Part shown: in pieces, positions 43,717 through 52,402 of the stretch
Numbering within the stretch: the first letter of the stretch is position 1
Layout of the letters: the number at the start of each line of letters is the position of its first letter
Sequence record: KP869111
DNA length: 64,000 nt
Direction: 5' to 3' (one strand)
Source of the DNA: Escherichia coli O157 typing phage 13
Notes under the pieces: model-generated
The model's database searches: none
The model's input: the letters and a program-made list of their open reading frames with translations, nothing else
What the model was told of the DNA's origin: nothing
Program-made: the position numbers and the translations under genes

Positions 43717-44634
43717 TCAGAATTCATTAATTACACTTGTTAATTTAGAAAGACCAGATTTTACAAAATATGAATAAATCTTGCCTTTAGGTTGTTGTTT
43801 ATATGAGTTATAATACTCTATAATGGTTGAAGCAATATTATCAGGGATATAATCAAAATCAATGAGAACCAAATTTTCTTGATACCGTTTATATTCTTCT
43901 GCACTTAATAATACTTCAGCTTGAGAACGGTCATTGGCAATTGCTTCAATAATCGATGTTTTCATGCTCGGAGTTCGTTCACCATCAACTCTGGTAAACC
44001 AGAAGTCGCCACGAACTCGAACAGATGCAACACCATCCTTACGGTCACCTTTAAGAATTTTAGTCATGCAATCAATTTCAGCAGAACCGTTCTTAATTTT
44101 AACCCATTTTTTCTGTGGTGGCGACCACTGTTTAACATTAGGATATTTGTGTAATTGTGTAAAGTCACCATCTGATGCAACAATACATACCTTATGACCG
44201 GCTAATGACAAATATTTAGTTAATACACCGATATGGTCATCCGCTTCATACTTGTCAATATCCATTACAACGTATGGCATGTATTTCTTAATCTCATCAA
44301 CAACTTGATGGAGTGCAGTAAAATATCCTTCCCAATCCCACTTTGAAGCTTCACGATCGGTTTTACGATTTTTCTTGTAATAGTAAGCAAAATCACGTCG
44401 CCAATAACCTGAAGTAGCATTATCCATACACAATACAAATTTTGTATAGCCTTGCTTACGGAACATCACCACGTTTTTACGAATTGAATTCAAGATTACA
44501 TGTCGAACCATTGGAACAGTAATTTTATCGCCATCTTCAAAGTTGTTTAATGCGGCTGCCAATGCAATGTTACTAAAGTCAGCAAGTGCAATACCTTCTT
44601 TGTAATCTTCATCCAACATCATTTCTAAATCCAT
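43717..44634 (-). CDS. rnh: RNase H (5-prime to 3-prime exonuclease / flap endonuclease)
   Basis: 305 aa as in T4 RNase H. Confidence 0.9.
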   Translation of the reverse strand: MDLEMMLDEDYKEGIALADFSNIALAAALNNFEDGDKITVPMVRHVILNSIRKNVVMFRKQGYTKFVLCMDNATSGYWRRDFAYYYKKNRKTDREASKWDWEGYFTALHQVVDEIKKYMPYVVMDIDKYEADDHIGVLTKYLSLAGHKVCIVASDGDFTQLHKYPNVKQWSPPQKKWVKIKNGSAEIDCMTKILKGDRKDGVASVRVRGDFWFTRVDGERTPSMKTSIIEAIANDRSQAEVLLSAEEYKRYQENLVLIDFDYIPDNIASTIIEYYNSYKQQPKGKIYSYFVKSGLSKLTSVINEF

Positions 44635-44660
44635 ATGAACCTCTTGTTCAGTTAGTCAAC

Positions 44661-44696
44661 TTGTCTATAGTAACACACTCATTTGAAAGCGTAAAC
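44661..44696 (-). promoter_or_regulatory. early-type promoter (GTTTAC box) for rnh
   Basis: GTTTAC, 17-nt spacer, TTACTAT. Confidence 0.5.
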
Positions 44697-44699
44697 TGG

Positions 44700-44707
44700 T
44701 ATAAATA
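44700..44707 (+). promoter_or_regulatory. late promoter (TATAAATA) for gene 34
   Basis: exact TATAAATA 30 nt upstream of gene 34 ATG, divergent from the rnh promoter. Confidence 0.55.
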
Positions 44708-44737
44708 AGTATTATTGAAACAATAAAGGAAAAACGA

Positions 44738-45383
44738 ATGGCCGACATCAAACGTAAGTTCAGAGCCGAAGACGGTCTGGACGCCGGTGGCGACAAGATT
44801 GTTAACGTAGCATTAGCCGACCGTACAGTAGGTACTGATGGCGTAAACGTTGACTTCCTGGTACAAGAAAACACCGTTCAAGTATATGATTCTACGCGTG
44901 GATATAACAAAGGATTTGTTGTTCTTTATGACAACCGTTTATATCAAGCAATAAATGATATCGTGTCTCCTTCCGGGGCATTTAACCTTTTACAATGGCG
45001 TGCAGTTCGTACCGATGCACAATGGATAACTGTCGCTTCTGGGACTTATCAACTTTCTTCAGGTGAATCTATTTCGGTTAACACTGGTGCCGGCAATGAT
45101 ATGGTTTTCACGTTGCCAAATACGCCGGTTGATGGTGATACTGTTGTTTTGGCTGATATTGGTGGAAGAACCGGGACAGTTAAAGTACAGATTAACGCGT
45201 CTGTGCAGAGTATTTTAAACTTTAGAGGTGAACAAGTTCGTACAGTTTTAATGACGCGCCCACGTTCACAACTATTGTTTGTGTTTAGTAATCGTTTGTG
45301 GCAGATGTATATTACCGATTATGGTAAAGAATCAATCACTGTTACACCTGCGACACCATATCAAGCACAAGCAAATGATTTTA
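44738..45383 (+). CDS. 34: long tail fibre proximal subunit gp34, N-terminal fragment truncated by an N-run
   Basis: first about 215 codons match the T4 gp34 N-terminus; sequence after the N-run is unrelated. Confidence 0.85.
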
Positions 45384-45483
45384 NNNNNNNNNNNNNNNNN
45401 NNNNNNNNNNNNNNNNNNNNNNNNNNNNNNNNNNNNNNNNNNNNNNNNNNNNNNNNNNNNNNNNNNNNNNNNNNNNNNNNNNN

Positions 45484-45582
45484 GCTACTATTGTTATCTC
45501 TCCGGCTGAAGAGACCGCACTGTTTAAAGCTAAGCATATTTCTGTAGCTCAGCTTAAAATTATTGCAAAAACTCTTCTGTAA
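45484..45582 (+). CDS. C-terminal fragment of an unidentified protein (5-prime part in N-run)
   Basis: open frame from the N-run to TAA, ...AKHISVAQLKIIAKTLL; not gp34. Confidence 0.25.
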   Translation, partial: ATIVISPAEETALFKAKHISVAQLKIIAKTLL

Positions 45583-45585
45583 GTA

Positions 45586-45616
45586 GTTTACATCTTGATA
45601 GGGCTATGTTATAGTA
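45586..45616 (+). promoter_or_regulatory. early promoter cassette with near-palindromic 28-mer (PeSL-like)
   Basis: GTTTACA, 18-nt spacer, TATAGT; inverted repeat GATAGGGCTAT / ATAGTAGTCCTATC. Confidence 0.55.
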
Positions 45617-45643
45617 GTCCTATCAAAACAAATAGAGTCCACA

Positions 45644-45883
45644 ATGATTTATTACGAAAGTATCGGAACCAAAGTGGTTGGTAAAACCATTACTCGTGAA
45701 AAGTTTGCAAAGATATTCGATATGCGTTATAAAAAATCTGAACACAAAGGCATCCGATTCGAAGATGCGCACTGTACAATTTGCCCTTATAATGAAGACA
45801 TAAACGGTACAATCGTTCCATTGGTAGAGGCTTCACATGATGACCTCTGGGATGAATATAATATCGCATGTCGTGAAATTTAA
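45644..45883 (+). CDS. hypothetical early protein, 79 aa
   Basis: ORF downstream of PeSL-like promoter. Confidence 0.5.
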   Translation: MIYYESIGTKVVGKTITREKFAKIFDMRYKKSEHKGIRFEDAHCTICPYNEDINGTIVPLVEASHDDLWDEYNIACREI

Positions 45884-45911
45884 GTTAATGAATTAATCCG
45901 AGGAAAATATT

Positions 45912-46903
45912 ATGATGTTAGTTATTGGTTCTCGTGCACTTCACTATCACGGTCTTATTGATTCTAGCGCTATTAAAAATAGTGATTGGGACTTTATTGC
46001 GGACCAAGGTTCTTGGAATGCATTCAAAAATCAAATGATGGGTGTATATGTTCACCAAGATAACCCTGATGTCCAAGTTTTCAAATGCTTCCATAATGGA
46101 CGCGAAACTCATTTTGAAGCATATATTGTTCCGGCAATCACTAATGTCCGTGAATTAGTCGGTGAACTCACTCCTGAAGATTTCACGTCTTCTTATGACC
46201 TTTTAAAATACGCCAAGAAAAATTTGACTAAAGACCGTTTGAACGGGTTTTACTGGGCAACTCCTGAGATATGTCTTGCAATTAAGATGTCTCATCGTTT
46301 CAAGAAAAATAATCCATTCTTTTTAAAGACTATGAACCATATTCAGTATCTTCGTGGTAAAGGTGTTACACTTAACGATGAACTTACTGAAATTATGCTG
46401 AAACGNNNNNNNNNNNNNNNNNNNNNNNNNNNNNNNNNNNNNNNNNNNNNNNNNNNNNNNNNNNNNNNNNNNNNNNNNNNNNNNNNNNNNNNNNNNNNNN
46501 NNNNNNNNNNNNNNNNNNNNNNNNNNNNNNNNNNNNNNNNNNNNNNNNNNNNNNNNNNNNNNNNNNNNNNNNNNNNNNNNNNNNNNNNNNNNNNNNNNNN
46601 NNNNNNNNNNNNNNNNNGAAGTTTGAATCACTTCCGGAAATGGTCAAATTGGCCGGTGTATATGAAGAAACATGTGTACTAGCGTTAGAACGTTCTCAGA
46701 TTCCTAATGGCTTTGAAATCCATCCTCGTGATAGTTTTATGATGGCATTAGAAAAGGTCTGTACTTCAATCACATCAGGCTGGTTCCGTGAGTATGCCTG
46801 GGAGAACTATGGCAAAGTAGTAAGTATGTATCAAAGCTTAGGACACGACGATTACGTCAAGCGTTTCAAACAAAATTTTCATATGGTAAAACCTTTCAAA
46901 TAA
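45912..46903 (+). CDS. hypothetical protein with possible nucleotidyltransferase-fold N-terminus (interrupted by N-run)
   Basis: N-terminal IGSRALHYHG...SDWDF resembles the GS...DxD pol-beta-type NTase motif; frame resumes after the 212-nt N-run. Confidence 0.45.
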
Positions 46904-46915
46904 TTTCACCAAACT

Positions 46916-46948
46916 GTTTACAAGGTCTGTAGTTGTTGATACTATAGA
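46916..46948 (+). promoter_or_regulatory. early-type promoter (GTTTAC box)
   Basis: GTTTACA, spacer, TACTATAG. Confidence 0.5.
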
Positions 46949-46961
46949 CCTATCAAAACAA

Positions 46962-47183
46962 ATGAGTGAATGGAGATACAAAATGACTACTTTGAATAAA
47001 CGTTTCGGTAAAGCTAAACCTGGCTGTGCAGCAGAACGTCGTTACATTTTCGCTCAGTTAGAAGATGTAGAGTATCAGATTAATCAAGTTCACATTACTG
47101 GCATCGAGCCTATGTGTGGCCTTGAAGCTCTTCGTGAAGTTCGTGACGGGTATCGTCGTGATATCGAAGAAATGTCAAAATAA
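46962..47183 (+). CDS. hypothetical early protein, 73 aa
   Basis: ORF downstream of early promoter. Confidence 0.45.
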   Translation: MSEWRYKMTTLNKRFGKAKPGCAAERRYIFAQLEDVEYQINQVHITGIEPMCGLEALREVRDGYRRDIEEMSK

Positions 47184-47184
47184 G

Positions 47185-47214
47185 TGTACAAACTGATAGG
47201 ACTATGTTATAGTA
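47185..47214 (+). promoter_or_regulatory. early promoter cassette (PeSL-like variant)
   Basis: GTGTAC -35 variant, TATAGT -10, inverted repeat GATAGGACTAT / ATAGTAGTCCTAT. Confidence 0.5.
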
Positions 47215-47241
47215 GTCCTATTAAAACATGAGGAGAATATT

Positions 47242-47341
47242 ATGAAATTAGGCGAAACCAACCGAATTGGTCTTTTAACAATATTTGTATCACTTTTTTA
47301 CGCAGCTCTTTCTGTTGCAGTATTACAAAAGGCTTACAGTA
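47242..47341 (+). CDS. N-terminal fragment of a putative membrane protein (runs into N-run)
   Basis: hydrophobic N-terminus MKLGETNRIGLLTIFVSLFYAALSV. Confidence 0.3.
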
Positions 47342-47441
47342 NNNNNNNNNNNNNNNNNNNNNNNNNNNNNNNNNNNNNNNNNNNNNNNNNNNNNNNNNNN
47401 NNNNNNNNNNNNNNNNNNNNNNNNNNNNNNNNNNNNNNNNN

Positions 47442-48971
47442 GAACGTGGTAATATCATGGCTGTTTATGGCGGTATTGTATATCCAATCGGAAGTGTTAT
47501 TAAAGAACAAACATGGATGATGACGCGATGCACTACAGCTTATATTAAATTCCCTATGGGTGAACTAGATGTAGCCCCGTCTCGTGAAGCATTGTCATTT
47601 GATAAACGTACAGTAGCAAATATCCATAAACGCGTTGCAGAAATCGATGCTAAATTGTTTGCTGAAGATTCTAAGAAATGGATTGATTGTAAATACCCAC
47701 GTCATGTGTTCCGTGAAATTGATTCTCTTGGCTATACCGCTCGTAAATACATGGAAAAGGCCGGGTCTAATATTGAATCACTGAAATACTCTAAAGAACA
47801 ACTAACTTATTCTGAGTTGTACAAACGTTTTAAAATGGGGCCTGAGTGGTGTAATCTTGGCGTCGTATACGATATCGTTGAATCCCCTCGTCTTCGTCGT
47901 ATTCGTGAAAGTGGTAGCTCATCATCAACCATTTCAATTAACAGCCTGATTGGCATTAACATTAAAAACGTTGAAATTGTTATTGACGACGTTAAGGGAC
48001 GCGTTCCATTAATGCGAGCTCTTAATTCAATTGAAATGTCTAAAGACGAGGTTAAATTAACTGGTAAAGTTCCACGTGGTTTTGGTAAAAGCGTACTATT
48101 CGTTGACCCTACAGACGAAGATGCAATGAAACTTCTGGAACGCCTTAAAGTTATCTTTGATGGCGACAACATTAACATGTACAAGACTTCAGAGCTTTTA
48201 CAAATCGTTAAGCCATGGATTGAAGTCAGGAAACGAACTAATGAGCCTCGTCCTAAATCCCCAAGTGCTCATCGGTTCTTTAAGAATGAAAATGATGTTT
48301 GGGTATCAGAAGATCTCTTTATTCCGGCAAGTGAAGCAGATGAAATCCAAGGTTATGCTATAGTTCGTAATCGTTCTAATGCTGAATGTCTTGACGCAGA
48401 TAAAGGTTGGTTGAATTATGATTCTAATTTCTTGACTCGTATTGCCGATTTGTCAGGTATTAAAGAGTTCACTGTAGTTCGCCCACAGATTGCTAAGAAA
48501 GTTCGTAAACTTGGTGAAGTAGAATGCTTGTTCGAAAAATCAATTAATGACTATATTACGCTAATTGATAAAGTGGATTATGATGAGTATGTATCACCAA
48601 GTCGTAGAGCACAGCCTTATTTGAATCATATTACTCGTAATGAAGAGCTTAACTTCCTTAGTAAGTATTTTAGCTCTAAGAACAAAGAAATCAGTAAAGA
48701 TTTTGCAAAACTTTCAACAGTAAATAATCGTTGGGGATGGAATCGATTCGCAGGTGCTGATAACAGAGACCTGAACAGGAAGTTAGAATTGTGTGCTAAA
48801 ATTTTCGATAAGCTTAAAGATAATGCTTACGATTATGATGATAAAATGGTTATTGAATTTGAAACCAATTATCATATTGTGTCAGAATACATGGGACGAC
48901 GTGGTACTCTTTCCAAAGAACAGGTCACTCAAATCGTTAAATTCATGAAGGCTGTGGAAGCAGCCAAATAA
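47442..48971 (+). CDS. rIIA: rIIA membrane-associated protein, C-terminal about 70 percent (5-prime part missing in N-run)
   Basis: frame open from the N-run; ...YGGIVYPIGSV...FPMGELDVAPSREALS matches the T4 rIIA mid-region; followed by rIIB. Confidence 0.85.
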   Translation, partial: ERGNIMAVYGGIVYPIGSVIKEQTWMMTRCTTAYIKFPMGELDVAPSREALSFDKRTVANIHKRVAEIDAKLFAEDSKKWIDCKYPRHVFREIDSLGYTARKYMEKAGSNIESLKYSKEQLTYSELYKRFKMGPEWCNLGVVYDIVESPRLRRIRESGSSSSTISINSLIGINIKNVEIVIDDVKGRVPLMRALNSIEMSKDEVKLTGKVPRGFGKSVLFVDPTDEDAMKLLERLKVIFDGDNINMYKTSELLQIVKPWIEVRKRTNEPRPKSPSAHRFFKNENDVWVSEDLFIPASEADEIQGYAIVRNRSNAECLDADKGWLNYDSNFLTRIADLSGIKEFTVVRPQIAKKVRKLGEVECLFEKSINDYITLIDKVDYDEYVSPSRRAQPYLNHITRNEELNFLSKYFSSKNKEISKDFAKLSTVNNRWGWNRFAGADNRDLNRKLELCAKIFDKLKDNAYDYDDKMVIEFETNYHIVSEYMGRRGTLSKEQVTQIVKFMKAVEAAK

Positions 48972-48980
48972 GGAAACATT

Positions 48981-49928
48981 ATGTACAATATCAAATGCTT
49001 GTCCCAAGAAGAACAGTTAGAAGCTTACGGCCTGGTTGAATCAGGCAAATGGACTCGTAAAGAAATTGCCGATTACTTCGACATTTCAACAGATACTCTT
49101 CGTAAGATTGTTAAGAATTTTAAAGCAGAAGGCGTTGTCCCTGAAGCAAACGATGCCTCTTATGTAATCGAAGAAGTTCCAGAAAATGATGAACCTATTA
49201 TCGGCGGACATCGTCCTGAAATCGTATGGAACGCGTCATCTAAATTTATTTCAATTATTGAAGGACGCGTAGCATACAATGCGACCCCATCAAGTCATGC
49301 AAATTTTGAAGAAATTAAAGCTAATCTGGTCGCAGGAAACCTTAGTAAAGCTGTCGAACTTATTAACATCAAGAAAGCTATTACTAAGTTTGTTGATGGT
49401 AATGTTACTATTGAAGGTGGTAGTTTATTTTATCAAGGTATAGAGATTCGTTCAGGGCTGGTTAACCGTATTATTGATTCCATGGAAAAAGGTGAAGACT
49501 TTAAATTCTATCTGCCATTCCTTGAAAACCTGTTAGAAAACCCAAGCGAAAAAGCTGTACAACGTTTATTCGACTTCTTGGTTGCAAACGATATTGAAAT
49601 CACTGAAGATGGGTATTTCTATGCATGGAAAGTAGTTCGTAAGGACTATTTAGACTGCTATAGTGGTACATTTGATAACTCCCCAGGTAAAGTTGTTTCA
49701 ATGCCTCGTACTCGAGTTAACGACGATGATACTCAAACCTGTTCTCGCGGTCTCCACGTTTGTGCTAAATCTTATATTCGCCACTTTGGTTCAAGCTCAG
49801 ATAAAGTTGTGAAGGTTAAAGTTCATCCACGTGATGTTGTATCCATCCCAGTTGACTATGGTGATGCTAAGATGCGTACTTGTCGTTATGAAGTAATTTC
49901 AGACGTTACTGAATTATTTGCAGAATAA
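48981..49928 (+). CDS. rIIB: rIIB protein
   Basis: 315 aa; MYNIKCL... matches T4 rIIB (312 aa). Confidence 0.9.
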   Translation: MYNIKCLSQEEQLEAYGLVESGKWTRKEIADYFDISTDTLRKIVKNFKAEGVVPEANDASYVIEEVPENDEPIIGGHRPEIVWNASSKFISIIEGRVAYNATPSSHANFEEIKANLVAGNLSKAVELINIKKAITKFVDGNVTIEGGSLFYQGIEIRSGLVNRIIDSMEKGEDFKFYLPFLENLLENPSEKAVQRLFDFLVANDIEITEDGYFYAWKVVRKDYLDCYSGTFDNSPGKVVSMPRTRVNDDDTQTCSRGLHVCAKSYIRHFGSSSDKVVKVKVHPRDVVSIPVDYGDAKMRTCRYEVISDVTELFAE

Positions 49929-49933
49929 TAATT

Positions 49934-49949
49934 GGGGACTTCGGTCCCC
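49934..49949 (+). terminator. hairpin GGGGACTTCGGTCCCC plus T-run after rIIB
   Basis: UUCG tetraloop hairpin followed by TTTTTTTT. Confidence 0.7.
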
Positions 49950-49971
49950 TTTTTTTTCTTTAGGGGTAATT

Positions 49972-50259
49972 ATGATTCATCCATTTGACGTATCAGAATC
50001 CAAAATTGCTAATCTTCGTGGTCATCATAAGTGTAAATCAGTTTATTGTGCTAAATTGGTAAAACATCCTGGCGATGCACACTATGGCTGGTTAGAATGT
50101 GACGAAGTTGTTATTGAAATCCCACCGGTAGATGCAGAATATCTTGAAGAAGGTGACCGCATTTATTTTGGCGAACTACACATTAGAGGTATCTATGGTA
50201 AAGACGAACTTGGGACTGTTGAGGCTGAAGAGTCTTCCGACATTTATCCTGTCGAATGA
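49972..50259 (+). CDS. hypothetical protein, 96 aa
   Basis: ORF after rIIB; start set at first ATG after the terminator. Confidence 0.45.
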   Translation: MIHPFDVSESKIANLRGHHKCKSVYCAKLVKHPGDAHYGWLECDEVVIEIPPVDAEYLEEGDRIYFGELHIRGIYGKDELGTVEAEESSDIYPVE

Positions 50260-50275
50260 GTTTTTGACTAGCGAA

Positions 50276-50752
50276 ATGAAGGTTAAGATCGCTGATACTG
50301 CTCGGTACTCGTTGAAACAAGATCCAGGTCAAATAAAAGAAGACGTTGTTCGACGTTGTAAGGTTGCAGTCTTTGCAGAGTATGTAGTAGCAAATTGGCT
50401 AGACGGATATGTTAATAAAGGTAATGAAGACGTAGAAGACCCGTACACGTATGCATGGGACGTTTTAGCTCATCCTAAGTACTGTGGTCTACGCGTAGAA
50501 GTAAAGACCCATCAGATGGATTCGAAATGGATTTCGGTTACCACAGGATACGGTGGTGATTATCCAGGTGGCAACGGAATCAACATAGGGCCCTTCTTGA
50601 ACCATCGAGTCGCAGATTGCATTATTATATTAGATGTCAAAGAAACCTCACCTGACGTCTTCTCTTATTCTATAAAGTTCGTGGGAGACCATGAAGACCT
50701 AAAGAAAATCGTCCGCAAGAGCAACTACAACGGGTGGTATCTTCATCTTTAA
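50276..50752 (+). CDS. hypothetical protein, 158 aa (position where T4 has denB; identity not confirmed)
   Basis: start set at internal ATG just after the previous stop; synteny only. Confidence 0.4.
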   Translation: MKVKIADTARYSLKQDPGQIKEDVVRRCKVAVFAEYVVANWLDGYVNKGNEDVEDPYTYAWDVLAHPKYCGLRVEVKTHQMDSKWISVTTGYGGDYPGGNGINIGPFLNHRVADCIIILDVKETSPDVFSYSIKFVGDHEDLKKIVRKSNYNGWYLHL

Positions 50753-50764
50753 TTTCATAAAAGT

Positions 50765-50795
50765 GTTTACAACTAAGTAGGACTATGATATAGTA
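50765..50795 (+). promoter_or_regulatory. early promoter cassette (PeSL-like)
   Basis: GTTTAC, spacer, TATAGT with flanking inverted repeat GTAGGACTAT / ATAGTAGTCCTAT. Confidence 0.5.
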
Positions 50796-50820
50796 GTCCT
50801 ATCTAAAAGAGGATAACATC

Positions 50821-51084
50821 ATGAAATTTAAATTTTTCTACGCAAAACATAAAGTAACAGGCGAATTTGTTTCAATGTACAACACTGCAGATGACGAAGG
50901 GATGATTTATACCCATTTGGGTCTATCTCATTGGGACTCAGACGTGCCTTATATGTCATCTGAAGCCGAAATAACTCGTTTAGTTAATGGACATATGAAC
51001 GACCATTTTAGTGTTATCCTTTCTAAAGACCTTAAAGAGGTTATCAACAAAGGATATATGGAACTCGCGGAAGTTGAGATATGA
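50821..51084 (+). CDS. hypothetical early protein, 87 aa
   Basis: ORF downstream of promoter cassette. Confidence 0.45.
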   Translation: MKFKFFYAKHKVTGEFVSMYNTADDEGMIYTHLGLSHWDSDVPYMSSEAEITRLVNGHMNDHFSVILSKDLKEVINKGYMELAEVEI

Positions 51085-51276
51085 GCTCTAAAATGTGGAT
51101 CGGAATATGGTTGCTTAGTATCCCAATGATTTGTATAATATTTTCAATTGTGTTGAGGTACTTATGAAAAATGCACTTCTTATTGTACTAAGATCAATTT
51201 GTGATACGGGTTTTTACATTGCATGTTCGTTCACTGGAACATGGTTGGCTTTAACATATTTTAATGTAATTTAATT

Positions 51277-51307
51277 GTTTACAACAAGGTAGGATTATGG
51301 TATAGTA
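51277..51307 (+). promoter_or_regulatory. early promoter cassette (PeSL-like)
   Basis: GTTTAC, spacer, TATAGT with inverted repeat GTAGGATTAT / ATAGTAGTCCTAC. Confidence 0.5.
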
Positions 51308-51334
51308 GTCCTACTGAAACATGAGGAACACAAA

Positions 51335-51535
51335 ATGGCTAAGCTTTTTAAAGATGTTGAAATTGGTGAAAAATTTGTTCTGAATAATGGTCAGCAGCTT
51401 ATTCGTGTAGCTTCTATCGCCGGACAAACTCATAACTGTATCGCCCCAACGTGTTGGACTCGATTTTTTATTGAAGATGACACTGAATGTTTAACTGTTG
51501 AAGAGCTTTTTGAACGTTCTGATATGACCGAATAA
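51335..51535 (+). CDS. hypothetical early protein, 66 aa
   Basis: ORF downstream of promoter cassette. Confidence 0.4.
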   Translation: MAKLFKDVEIGEKFVLNNGQQLIRVASIAGQTHNCIAPTCWTRFFIEDDTECLTVEELFERSDMTE

Positions 51536-51537
51536 AA

Positions 51538-51569
51538 TTGTACAAACTCTTGAGAGCAGAGTATAATGC
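51538..51569 (+). promoter_or_regulatory. early-type promoter (TTGTAC -35, TATAAT -10) with flanking inverted repeat
   Basis: TGAGAGCA...TGCTCTCA palindrome around the TATAAT. Confidence 0.45.
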
Positions 51570-51611
51570 TCTCATGGATTACAAAAACATTAATCAATTG
51601 AGGAAATTAGC

Positions 51612-52058
51612 ATGTCCAAATATTTAACTCGTAAAGACCTTCTGGCAGTTGGCGGTGAAGTTGTTGCAGTAGTTCGTAATGGCGAATACGGTTCTGAAGT
51701 TTCTAAAGAGTTTCGTTCTCGTGAAGGTTTTTACTTCTTTGTTAAAGGTTCATCTGATTGGCGACAAGTAGCAGCACGATTCTTTGTAGGACGTCAACGT
51801 TCTAAACAAGGGTTGGATGCAATTCTTTCTCACATTCGTCAAGGCCGTTCGCAACTAGCCCGTACCATGGGCACTAATAATATTGAATATGATGTAATCT
51901 TTGTTGCAGCTAAGAACATGAAACCACTGACCACCGGTTATGGTAAAGGTCAATTGGCTCTGGCATTCACTCGCAACCATACATCAGAATATCAAACACT
52001 CACTGAAATGAACCGTCTTCTGGCTGATAATTTCAAATTCATTCTGCAGAGTTACTAA
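51612..52058 (+). CDS. ndd: nucleoid disruption protein Ndd
   Basis: 148 aa; ...[30 protein letters not shown]...[13 protein letters not shown] matches T4 Ndd. Confidence 0.8.
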   Translation: MSKYLTRKDLLAVGGEVVAVVRNGEYGSEVSKEFRSREGFYFFVKGSSDWRQVAARFFVGRQRSKQGLDAILSHIRQGRSQLARTMGTNNIEYDVIFVAAKNMKPLTTGYGKGQLALAFTRNHTSEYQTLTEMNRLLADNFKFILQSY

Positions 52059-52111
52059 TTTATACAGGCCCTATTAAGTTAGGCCTTTAATTTATTTTTG
52101 AGGTAATTAAA

Positions 52112-52258
52112 ATGGTAGCATGGATTATTGCATTGCTGTGTTGGTCGTTTTTATTCGTTAACACTTTAGTTACAGGCGAAACAACAGTATTTCAACAGGC
52201 CGTATCACAAGGTACCTTAGCGGTCTTAGCTCTTATTAACGTGTTAAAAGGCGAGTAA
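52112..52258 (+). CDS. small hydrophobic membrane peptide, 48 aa
   Basis: ORF below size cutoff with a single transmembrane-like segment; T4 has small ORFs ac, stp and 52.1 here. Confidence 0.3.
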   Translation: MVAWIIALLCWSFLFVNTLVTGETTVFQQAVSQGTLAVLALINVLKGE

Positions 52259-52398
52259 TGATTAAGAAAATCTTAGCAGGAGCCTTCGGGCTCTTGTTGT
52301 TGCTTACGGTTCTGTACTACGGTGTGATGTTTGGACTAATCCAAGTAGTGCTTTTCATTTCAGATGTTATAATGGATATTCGTTCATTAATATGGTGA
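52258..52398 (+). CDS. small hydrophobic membrane peptide, 46 aa
   Basis: ORF overlapping the previous stop (TAATG); hydrophobic core. Confidence 0.3.
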   Translation: MIKKILAGAFGLLLLLTVLYYGVMFGLIQVVLFISDVIMDIRSLIW

Positions 52399-52402
52399 AA
52401 AT

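Noticed and set aside
46323-46647. ORFs from the track consisting mostly of X residues across N-runs (also at 24675-24962, 45279-45509, 47240-47520, 52684-53013, 58315-58620, 63232-63457)
   Set aside because: They are artefacts of translating through N-runs.
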